A program made the translations under genes and the position numbers. Of a stretch of 64,000 nt of DNA, positions 53,892-62,564 are shown piece by piece; the first letter of the stretch is position 1, and each line of letters begins with the position of its first letter. The notes beneath the pieces are model-generated. The model had not been told where the DNA came from, searched no databases, and saw only the letters and a list, made by a program, of their open reading frames with translations. The DNA comes from Phycisphaerae bacterium (GTDB taxonomy: Bacteria > Planctomycetota > Phycisphaerae > UBA1845 > Fen-1342). The stretch is from contig CAXXWX010000005.1 in assembly GCA_963675745.2 (NCBI GenBank), positions 64,001 through 128,000 of the forward strand, read 5' to 3'.

Positions 53892-54284
53892 GTGTTGTTC
53901 CTTTCGACTTCGGCGTAAGCGAACCTCGTACCGGATTCCAGCATAGACGGTGTGCCCAGACACATCAAGGGTTACTCAGCCGGTTCGCTGTCGCGTAGTA
54001 TTTTCATCGGAGCGGGTCGCGGACAACTTCAAATCACCACGCGGTCGCCAGGCTGTCCGGAACCGCTCCAGCCAACGCCTCCATCAGGTGCCGCCACCGG
54101 CACGCCGGGATTCAAAACACACAATATTGCGCCCGGGGACTCGGCAGGCTCGCGGAACGCCTTATAATCACGCAGAATCCGTCGCGCGCAAGCTTCGGTC
54201 ACGGACGGACCGGACCATATGGACGCTAACCTCTCGTCCAGGAGAGAGTCTATAAGCGCGGACGATCAAGGCGGTTATTACACG

Positions 54285-56699
54285 ATGGTACACGCGCCCC
54301 GGCTGCTCGCGGTCATGCTCTCAATGGCGATAACGGCAAGTTTTGCCGCCGCCCAGACTCCGCAGACCCAACCCACCACCCAGGCGGCCTCGCCGGATCG
54401 GGAGCGGTTTGATCGGCTGATCGCCCTGGTCGCGGACCAGAACTCCCCCGAGGCACGCCGCACAGGTGTGCGCGAGTTGCTGCTGGCTGATGACATGCGC
54501 GCGCTGGCTGTGCCGCACCTGGCCAGAATTCTCGCCGGACCAAACCCCGCGGCCGCCACCGCTGTTGCCGACGTGTTGGCGGAGTTTCCGGAGTATCTTC
54601 AGCCCGAATACCTCGCGCCACTCACCAGCATGCTCGCCAACCCGGACCAGGGAGCCAGCGCCGCCATTGTGCTGGCCGCGTATGCGGACGACGCTGGTAT
54701 CGAGCATCTGCGGGCGTTCGTGGGTGACCAATCGATGCCCATCGCGGCGCGGTTGCAGGTCGTCGATGTACTCGGCGGCCTCGGGCGGCGCAGCGTCGTG
54801 ACCATCCTGGTCGGCCTGCTCGATTCGCCGGAAGCGCCACTGCAGGAACGTGCCCTCAGGGCATTGGGCCACGCCACGGGCATGACCTTCGACAATAACC
54901 CGCGCGCCGCGCGAACGTGGTGGCTCGAAACGCAGGAGAGCCTGCCGCTGACCGAGTGGCAACAACGCCAGATTCAACGACTCGTGCTGCAGGATCGGCG
55001 CCGCACACAGTCGATGCGCGAAATGGAGACGCGCCTGATCCGCGCCCTCCGCACCGCCTTTCAGCGCACGCCCGAGGCCGAGCGCGACGCCGTGCTCAAC
55101 GGATACCTCTCCGAATCTCTGGGTGTGGTCCAATCCCTGGGCCTCGAGTTGGTGCAAGCGCAGCAGGCCGAAGGAAAAACGCTGTCCCCCGACACCTGTC
55201 AGGCGGTTCGCGCCCTGCTATCAGCGCCCGAGACGGTCGTCAGAGCGGGGGCGATCCGCGCTGTGACCAGTTTCCGCGATCCGACGGACGCCGCCACGTT
55301 CGCCACGCTGCTCGAGGCCGAGGTCAGCCCGGAGGTGCGCGCGGCGCTGGTTAGTGGACTGGGTTACATCGGTACGGCGGACGTGGTGCCGAGCGTGCTG
55401 GCACTGCTGGAACACTCGCCGCCGCGTTTGCAGGCCGAGATTCTGACGGCCCTCGGTCGGCTGGCCGAGCGTGACATGCTGGATGACGACACGCGACCGG
55501 GGGTCGTCGCCGCGCTTGTGGCAACCTTCGACGCAACCGAGCCGGGTTCGGTGCTGCTGCGCGAGCGCGCCCTGTGGGCCATGGGCCGCGTCGCCGACCC
55601 CGCTTTCCTGCCGGCGTTGGCGGGCGCGTTGGGTGCCGAAGAAGCCGCCGGTGTGCGCCACGCGGCCTTGCGTGGTCTGGCGGCGATCGGCGATCGCTCA
55701 CAAGCGGACCTGGTAGTCGGCACAACATCCGACGCCGATGTCGGTCTGCGTCGTCAGGCCGTGGAGTTGCTCGCACAGTGGGCCACCAGCGACGAGCATG
55801 TGAAGGCGTTGTTCGACCGCCTGCCGGCGACGCAAGAGCCGGACGAGGCTATCCGCAACGCCGCCTGGTTGGGAATCGAGCGCGCCCTGACGGGTAGACC
55901 GCCCGAGGCGATCGATCGCTGGATCGCGCAATTGCCCGACGACGGCGAGACGCGCGCCAAGCGTACGCTCGATTTGCTGCGTCTTCAGCGGGAGCAGCTC
56001 GACGCACAGCAGGCTGCCGCCACCTCGGGCAATCTCAGCACACGGATTGCCGAGCAACACGTGCTACTTGGGAATGTGGAGGAAGCCATTGCGGCGTATC
56101 AGGACGCGGTCGTGCACCTTCACGCCGCCGATGGTAACAGAGCAGCGCGCGTCGCCGTGGAGTTGGTGCGCCTTGCGTTGGCCCACGCGCGCTATACGCC
56201 GGAGCTGGCTGCGCAACTAAGAGCGCTGAATCCCGCGCTTGATGGCGCCGCGGTGTGGAATGGCCTGGGCGGCGAGATCACGGTGGAGATTACAGCGGAT
56301 ACCCTTGACGCCGTGCTGACGACGCTTCGGCTGCTGCGGGAGCATCCCCCGGTTCCCACGTGGCCGGACGAGGCCACCGCCGCGCTGGAAAGCCATTGGC
56401 AGCAGGCAGTCAGCATGCGTGTCGGGCGCGACATCGATCAGGCCGCCGCCGCGCTGGCGGCCCTGCAAGCGAATCCGGAAGACGCGTCGGCCCAGACACA
56501 GATCGCTGAGCTGACGCCCCGCCTCTCCGCCGATCTCCGCGCTGTCATCGCCGGTGCGGAGCCCAACGCCGCGCTCGAGCAACGGCTGCACGATCTGCTC
56601 AAACAGCTGGTTCCCGAGTGGTCCGGGTTCGCGGCGGACGCGCCGCCAAACGACAAGCTCAAAGCGCTCGAATCTCTGCCGGCGAACAGCACCGGTTAG
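54285..56699 (+). CDS. Exported HEAT/ARM-repeat protein
   Basis: Signal peptide ending FAAA-Q; repeated VR..A..ALG.IG helical units; TPR-like segment. Start uncertain (54285 or 54315). Confidence 0.8.
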   Translation: MVHAPRLLAVMLSMAITASFAAAQTPQTQPTTQAASPDRERFDRLIALVADQNSPEARRTGVRELLLADDMRALAVPHLARILAGPNPAAATAVADVLAEFPEYLQPEYLAPLTSMLANPDQGASAAIVLAAYADDAGIEHLRAFVGDQSMPIAARLQVVDVLGGLGRRSVVTILVGLLDSPEAPLQERALRALGHATGMTFDNNPRAARTWWLETQESLPLTEWQQRQIQRLVLQDRRRTQSMREMETRLIRALRTAFQRTPEAERDAVLNGYLSESLGVVQSLGLELVQAQQAEGKTLSPDTCQAVRALLSAPETVVRAGAIRAVTSFRDPTDAATFATLLEAEVSPEVRAALVSGLGYIGTADVVPSVLALLEHSPPRLQAEILTALGRLAERDMLDDDTRPGVVAALVATFDATEPGSVLLRERALWAMGRVADPAFLPALAGALGAEEAAGVRHAALRGLAAIGDRSQADLVVGTTSDADVGLRRQAVELLAQWATSDEHVKALFDRLPATQEPDEAIRNAAWLGIERALTGRPPEAIDRWIAQLPDDGETRAKRTLDLLRLQREQLDAQQAAATSGNLSTRIAEQHVLLGNVEEAIAAYQDAVVHLHAADGNRAARVAVELVRLALAHARYTPELAAQLRALNPALDGAAVWNGLGGEITVEITADTLDAVLTTLRLLREHPPVPTWPDEATAALESHWQQAVSMRVGRDIDQAAAALAALQANPEDASAQTQIAELTPRLSADLRAVIAGAEPNAALEQRLHDLLKQLVPEWSGFAADAPPNDKLKALESLPANSTG

Positions 56700-56908
56700 C
56701 CCTTTCCCGCCGGAGACGTTCCGTGTTTCGTGCTGCGCTTCGGCGCGACGCGTAACGGCCGGCGCCCCGCCGGCCGCCTGACACCGGAAACGCCGTCTCG
56801 TAGCAACGGCCCGCGCGGCCCACGCCCCTGTCACGCCATACACGCGCAGCAATCGAACCGGAAACGACACCGGGGCCGTATCAACCCAACCGTAGCCTCA
56901 GGCTGACT

Positions 56909-58450
56909 CTACGATTTGCCTGTGGCCGCCTTGGATCGGGGAATGAGCGCAATCAGCGAATACACGAACGCCGCCACAACCAGGAGCGCCAGCAGCGCTG
57001 ACCGTATCCGCACGTCCGGATCGTGGATGGCCCGCATCCACAGAAACTGCGTCATCTCGAATGTGCCCACCAGCACCAGGACCGCGGCCGGGAAGATCCA
57101 GACCCACGAGTGTACCGCCAGTGCGATCACCGGCGGTATGCAGTAGTAGATGTAGCGCTCGTGGGCGGCCGTCGGCAGGAAGAACGCTGCGAACAGCGTC
57201 AAGTAGACCACCACCGGCCACGAATCCGCGCTCCAGCGATACTTCCGCGCGCAGCCGGCCCATGTCGTGAGAATCCCCACGCTCAGCAGCAGCAGCCCCA
57301 GGCGGTCGCGGCGCAGCCCCAACACCGTTTGATCCACGCCGTAGGCCCGCTCCTGCCATTCGCGGTAGGCCTCGCGCTCCCGCGGCGGTGGCCCATGCGT
57401 CAGCATGTCCAGCCACCAGATGTTCAGTGCGCTGAACGTCGAGCGCTTGAAGCGCTCCGCTCCGATGGTCCCGGTGTAGCTGCGTTTGAACCATCGGAAG
57501 ACGCCGTCCTGATTCGTCGGGCTGGCACCGTCGTGCAGCATCACCGGCAACGCGATTATCGCCGCCACCACGAGCGCCATCACAGCGGTCTTCCACAACT
57601 GAAGCGCCTGCCGCCACGTTCCCCCTTGCATGAACCGCAACGCGAAGAACACATAAACATACACCGGCCCGAACAGAATTGCCTGCGGCTTGGTCATCAG
57701 CGCCGCGCCGTACAGCACGCCGGCCAACAGCCAACGTCGGCGCATGAGCATCACCAGACACCACACCAGCAGACATGTGATCCACGAATCGACTTGTGTC
57801 CAGAACGCCGAGTCCAGGAAGATCGGCGGTGCCAGGAGCACTATGCCAAAGGCCAGTATCTCGCGCCAACGGCGGCGCGCGCTGCTCAGCGTACGTACAA
57901 GCGCCGCAACGCCACAGGCCAACACAAAGTCGAAGGCGACACCCCCGACCGCTCCGGCCAACCGCGACGCCCGCGTGTCGATGACGCGATAGCGCTGGCT
58001 GGGGTCCAGCCCGGCGCGCAGCGCTGTCTCTTCCGGTATGGGCAGTGCTTTGACATCGTGGTCGAGCATTTGCCACACCGCCCCCTGGATGGCGAAGACA
58101 TAGCCGCTGAGCGGCGGATAATTACATGAGAATGGATCGCGCTCGGGCACGTCCGCCGTCTGTCCCGAGCGCGGATCGACCCTGCGGACGAGCACTACGT
58201 CGCCGGCGGGCTTGTCGTAGATTGCCCACGGACCGTGGCGCCAGGCGTATTCCGACCAGCCCATTATGCTCTTGTGATCGGGCAGATACGACGTCTGGGG
58301 CGCTGCCAGAATAGCGATCAGCCGCGCTACCAGGCCGGCGACAACCAGTGCGCCTACGCCCAGGCGTGTCGGCGTCAGCCACGCGGCATCCGCGCCGGCC
58401 GGTTGAAGGTTCTCGCGCGTACCGGCTTTGTGCTGTTGCTTCGCAGTCAT
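56909..58450 (-). CDS. GT-C fold polytopic membrane glycosyltransferase (GT87/ALG6-like)
   Basis: Multiple TMs with D...W, NYPPL, DSAFWTQVDS, TKPQA and HERY motifs. Confidence 0.75.
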   Translation of the reverse strand: MTAKQQHKAGTRENLQPAGADAAWLTPTRLGVGALVVAGLVARLIAILAAPQTSYLPDHKSIMGWSEYAWRHGPWAIYDKPAGDVVLVRRVDPRSGQTADVPERDPFSCNYPPLSGYVFAIQGAVWQMLDHDVKALPIPEETALRAGLDPSQRYRVIDTRASRLAGAVGGVAFDFVLACGVAALVRTLSSARRRWREILAFGIVLLAPPIFLDSAFWTQVDSWITCLLVWCLVMLMRRRWLLAGVLYGAALMTKPQAILFGPVYVYVFFALRFMQGGTWRQALQLWKTAVMALVVAAIIALPVMLHDGASPTNQDGVFRWFKRSYTGTIGAERFKRSTFSALNIWWLDMLTHGPPPREREAYREWQERAYGVDQTVLGLRRDRLGLLLLSVGILTTWAGCARKYRWSADSWPVVVYLTLFAAFFLPTAAHERYIYYCIPPVIALAVHSWVWIFPAAVLVLVGTFEMTQFLWMRAIHDPDVRIRSALLALLVVAAFVYSLIALIPRSKAATGKS

Positions 58451-58495
58451 CTACTCACCAGGCTCGACACCACCGAGACATGCGCATCGGTGCGC

Positions 58496-59395
58496 TCAGG
58501 AATCCGGACGGTGCGACAGAAATCCCACACTGGACGCAAACAGCCGCTCGCGCAAAGCGCGCGACGCGGACTCATCGCGCTCGTCTTCGGTGCGCAAGTC
58601 TTCCAGATTCGCAATGCACCGGTCGCAGCCCAGCAGGTTCACATGAAAGTCGACGTAGCGTTCCATGCCCTCGTCGAGCACGCCGAGCAGGTGCTTTCCC
58701 AGCGTCGAACGCTTGAGGCACGAGACCCCCTCTTCCCGCCAGATACGCCCGATCGTGGAATCCTGCGCGAGGTCGGTGGCTTGCCAGTCGTGCGTGGTGG
58801 CGGCGATCTGCGTCAGCTTCCGCCATTGCTCCAACACGCGGAACTTGATACCCGCCACTCCCGTCTCGCTGATTTCCAGGTCGCTGGCGACTTCTTTATT
58901 GCGCAGCCCCAATACCACCAGCATCTCGACCACGATCAGGTCCTGATACCGTTCTTGCTGCCGGCAGTGTTCCACCCACTGGCGCAGCACATCAACCAGC
59001 GCCGCGCGCTGCGCGGCGATTTCTTCACGACTTGCCATGTGACGACTGGGCGTCTCGGGATCAAGCCACGCCTGCGGCGCGTCGTCAAGTTCGAGTTGAT
59101 CGAAGCTCTGCCGCTCGCCGCGCCGCTGCTTGCGAAAATAGTCGGTCAGCTTGTTGCGCAGAATGGCGAACAGGTATGTCTCCAGCGGCCGGCGCTGATC
59201 GTAGTTGGGCAGGCTGCGCAGCAGGCCGAGAAAGGTCTCTTGCACCAGATCTTCCGCCTCGGCCCGCGCGGCCAATCGCCGCCGCGCAAAACTCACCAGG
59301 CGTCCCTCGTAGCGGCTGATGATCTCCCCCCATGCGTCCTGGTCGCCGCGTTGTACGGCCTCAATCAGGAACGCGTCACCTTCGCTGTAGGGCAT
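58496..59395 (-). CDS. ECF sigma-70 factor with C-terminal zinc-finger (anti-sigma-like) extension
   Basis: Sigma2 (GDQDAW...EAEDLVQETFL...TYLFAILRNKLTDYFRK), sigma4 HTH (NKEVASDLEISET), then SC...HVNLLGCDRC. Start at ATG 59395. Confidence 0.88.
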   Translation of the reverse strand: MPYSEGDAFLIEAVQRGDQDAWGEIISRYEGRLVSFARRRLAARAEAEDLVQETFLGLLRSLPNYDQRRPLETYLFAILRNKLTDYFRKQRRGERQSFDQLELDDAPQAWLDPETPSRHMASREEIAAQRAALVDVLRQWVEHCRQQERYQDLIVVEMLVVLGLRNKEVASDLEISETGVAGIKFRVLEQWRKLTQIAATTHDWQATDLAQDSTIGRIWREEGVSCLKRSTLGKHLLGVLDEGMERYVDFHVNLLGCDRCIANLEDLRTEDERDESASRALRERLFASSVGFLSHRPDS

Positions 59396-59565
59396 CGCAG
59401 CGGCCTCAATACGCACGCACCCGCGCCGCCGGACAGCCTGCCGGAATCGACGGAAGGGCATGGCAAGTCATGACCTGCGATGAGAATACCGCCCAATCCC
59501 CCCCGCGGCCATTCGCCGGCGGTGATTTGTCGCGCGCTCATGCCGCCCTGCGGTTCCGCCCCGAC

Positions 59566-60153
59566 TCAGCGCGCGCGTACGGTGGAGCGCAGCAGCACGA
59601 AAGCGACCACAACAACGCCGATCGTCGCCGCAACCTTGCGAATCCCCCGCACGGGAGGTCGTGCTCGACTCTGAGTGTGGATGACGGTTGGCGCGATCAG
59701 GTTGCGCGCAATGCGGTCGGCACGCGCCGGGCCGCCTATCACACCAGGCGCCGGTATCGCGGCGGCCGGGTCGTCAGCGTCAACAATGAGTACCTCGCAG
59801 GTGTTGTCCTGGTTGTCATCATCGGGTCCGGGGACGCTGATCGCGATGTTCGGGACCGCGTCCCGGGCACGCGCGCGTGCCGCCGCAGCGTGTCGCCGCA
59901 CCTCCGCGCGGATCTCGGCGGTTTTTGCCACCGCATCGGCGCGAAGGCGCTCCGCGTCGCGCACCTCTCCCCGCAACAGGAACAAGGCTATGCCTCCGAG
60001 CATGGCCACGCCCAGCAGCGGAGCCAGCACGGCCGCTATGATGCCGCCATGATGGCGCAGGGCCACCGCACCGGAGATTACGGCCACAACCAAGGTCACC
60101 AACAAGCCAACCAAAACGATCAGACCGACCCAACTGATGTGCATACCGTCCAT
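59566..60153 (-). CDS. Hypothetical membrane protein (2 N-terminal TMs, 1 C-terminal TM)
   Basis: Co-oriented between the kinase and ECF genes; clear hydrophobic segments. Confidence 0.65.
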   Translation of the reverse strand: MDGMHISWVGLIVLVGLLVTLVVAVISGAVALRHHGGIIAAVLAPLLGVAMLGGIALFLLRGEVRDAERLRADAVAKTAEIRAEVRRHAAAARARARDAVPNIAISVPGPDDDNQDNTCEVLIVDADDPAAAIPAPGVIGGPARADRIARNLIAPTVIHTQSRARPPVRGIRKVAATIGVVVVAFVLLRSTVRAR

Positions 60154-60182
60154 ATCGCCTGTATCCTGTCACACACCTTGGA

Positions 60183-62564
60183 TCAAATCACCACCTGGTC
60201 GCGTCTGCCGTCCGGCCAGGAAATCAGCACGAGCGCCGCCAACAGCGGAATCGCCGTCGCGGCCAGCGGGCCATACGCGCTGGCGTGACGCAGCACGCCG
60301 GTGTCACCCGTTGCCAGGAGCAGGGAAACGACCTCGCCGGCCGGTCCAAGCGCCATCGCCGCCGTCCACAGCGCCAGAACGCACCCGACGCAGCCACGGA
60401 TCAGGTGCAGGCCGCTGCATTGTCGTCGAGCCATGATCACCAGCAGGCAGCCCAGTCCCAGCAGAACCGTGTAGCTGAACTCGGGGAATGCGCCCAGCGA
60501 TTCACGGAGAGGATCCGCCTTCCAGGGACCGATGGTCCGCACCGTCGGATCCTGCAGGGCATGGTACAACAGCGCCCCGGCCAGGCCCGCCACCATGAAT
60601 AATTTACCAAAGAACGAGCCGCCGCCACTCGCGCGGCCCGCGAATGACGGGCGCGCCGGCTCGATCGTCTGCACTGTATTCGGCGCCACCGTCTTGGCCT
60701 TAACCGGCTCGGGCGGCGGCGGTACTTTGGCCACGGCCACCTCGTCGCGCGGTTCGACTCTCACCGGTGCGATCGCCGGTGGCGGCTTGATCGCCGTTTC
60801 ATTGCGCGGCTTCAGCGCGTCGGAATGCGGCCACATCGCGGCCGTGGCTTGTGTCAACATCGAAACCGTCGCCGCGGTGGCGGCTGCCACCATCACGTAG
60901 TCGTCGGCATCGAGCATTGACGCCGCCACCAGGGCCACCACGGCCGGCATGACAGCGTCCCCCCCCCGCACCTTGCCCCGCCGCCCGGCCTCAATACGCT
61001 TCGCCCAGTCGCAGATCAGGATCGTCAGGCACACCGCGGCCCCCAGCGCCACGCCATCATCGCTATGGCCATACATGCCCGCATCGCTCAACGCCGCAAA
61101 GCCGATCAGCGAAAAGACCGCGGCCGTCGATGCGTACACCACCCGATCAAGGAACCAGTGACGCGTCTGGAGGTGCCGCAACAGACGCAGATGCGCCAAC
61201 AGCGGCCCAAAAACACAACCCATCATCAGAAAGGTCAGCCCGACACCAAGTTCCTCCCGACCGCCCGACAGCACGGTCAGCGCGATTGACACGGCGATTG
61301 CGACGATGATCACGACCAGCAACTGCGGCGCCCGCTTTATGCGCGGCTTTTCCGCGGCGCCGGGTCCGCGCCCCGCGCCAACCACACGCCCCCTGCCGCG
61401 CCGACCGTACACCTTCCCGAGTTTCTGCTCCAGCTTGGCGGCCTTTGCCTCCAGCTTGCGCGCCAGCTTCTCCGCTTTGGCGTCGGCCTTGCGGCGAATC
61501 TTGTCGCCGATCCCGGCCTGTCCCACACTCTCGGCGACGCGCGCAACCTGCTCACCGGCGTTGCGAATGCGCGCCTCCCAGGCACGCTCAGCGGGGCGCG
61601 CATCAAGATCAGGGATCGGTGGCAGACGCCCCGGCGACGTGCGCGTCGGGTCTTCGTCGCCGACAGTCGCGTCGCGCGTGATGTCGCCGATGACGCTCGG
61701 GTCAAACTGGGTGAGCCGTGTGCCCACGTCGGCCAGCTCTGCCAGGGCGTCCGTCATCTCGTTCACGTCCTGGTAGCGCTCGTTGGGATCCTTGGCCATG
61801 GCCTTGGCGACGATCGGCGCAAAGCCACGCGGCAGAATACTGGTATCAGGATCGTCATTGAGATGCCGCATCAGGATTTCGGCCATGCTCTTCCCGGTGA
61901 ACGGCAGCCGGCCGGTGAGCATCTCGTAGAGCATCACGCCCAGCGAGTAGACGTCGATGGCCTTGCTGTAGTTGCCCGACCCGATCTCCGGCGCCATGTA
62001 ATGTACGGTGCCCACACTGACAGTCTGCCCGCTGTGGGCGCTGACCGAGATGTGCTTGCTGAGCCCGTAATCACCGATCAGCACATAGCCGTCGTCATAG
62101 AAAATGTTGCCCGGCTTGAGATCGCGATGCACTATGCCGCGTTCGTGCAGATAGCTGAGACCCTGGGCGATGCCGTTGATGAAGAAGACCGCCTTCTCAG
62201 GGGGCAGGCCGTCGGGTTCGGCCATCATCACGTCGCGCAAGGACGGTCCACTGACATACTCCATGACGACAAACACCTCGCCGTCGTCATTCTGGCGCAC
62301 GTCATAAATCGTGATCAGGTGTGGGCTCTTGAGGTTCATCACGATGTTGATGCCGCGCAGCTCAATATCCGGATTGTCGCGGAGGTACTTCACGGCGAGT
62401 TGCTTGCCCGCGTCGCTAAGCGCGTAATAGACCTCGCCGAATCCACCGCGGCCAACTGCGCGCTGAATCGTGATGCCCGTCAGGGGACGGTCGCCGTGTT
62501 TGTAGGTGTATACTGGCACGCTACCACCTCCGCGCGGAATCTCTATCCGGCCACGTCCGCTCAC
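60183..62564 (-). CDS. Hanks-type Ser/Thr protein kinase with polytopic membrane C-terminus
   Basis: GRGGFGEVY, AVK, HRDLKPGN, DYG, GTVHYMAPE and DVYSLG motifs; roughly ten TM helices; GTGA overlap with the FHA gene (start may be ~45 nt downstream). Confidence 0.93.
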   Translation of the reverse strand: MSGRGRIEIPRGGGSVPVYTYKHGDRPLTGITIQRAVGRGGFGEVYYALSDAGKQLAVKYLRDNPDIELRGINIVMNLKSPHLITIYDVRQNDDGEVFVVMEYVSGPSLRDVMMAEPDGLPPEKAVFFINGIAQGLSYLHERGIVHRDLKPGNIFYDDGYVLIGDYGLSKHISVSAHSGQTVSVGTVHYMAPEIGSGNYSKAIDVYSLGVMLYEMLTGRLPFTGKSMAEILMRHLNDDPDTSILPRGFAPIVAKAMAKDPNERYQDVNEMTDALAELADVGTRLTQFDPSVIGDITRDATVGDEDPTRTSPGRLPPIPDLDARPAERAWEARIRNAGEQVARVAESVGQAGIGDKIRRKADAKAEKLARKLEAKAAKLEQKLGKVYGRRGRGRVVGAGRGPGAAEKPRIKRAPQLLVVIIVAIAVSIALTVLSGGREELGVGLTFLMMGCVFGPLLAHLRLLRHLQTRHWFLDRVVYASTAAVFSLIGFAALSDAGMYGHSDDGVALGAAVCLTILICDWAKRIEAGRRGKVRGGDAVMPAVVALVAASMLDADDYVMVAAATAATVSMLTQATAAMWPHSDALKPRNETAIKPPPAIAPVRVEPRDEVAVAKVPPPPEPVKAKTVAPNTVQTIEPARPSFAGRASGGGSFFGKLFMVAGLAGALLYHALQDPTVRTIGPWKADPLRESLGAFPEFSYTVLLGLGCLLVIMARRQCSGLHLIRGCVGCVLALWTAAMALGPAGEVVSLLLATGDTGVLRHASAYGPLAATAIPLLAALVLISWPDGRRDQVVI

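Noticed and set aside
59538..59580. Additional frameshift at the GC dinucleotide run ending the membrane protein gene
   Set aside because: An alternative frame would add only ~10 residues; there is no homology evidence to prefer it.
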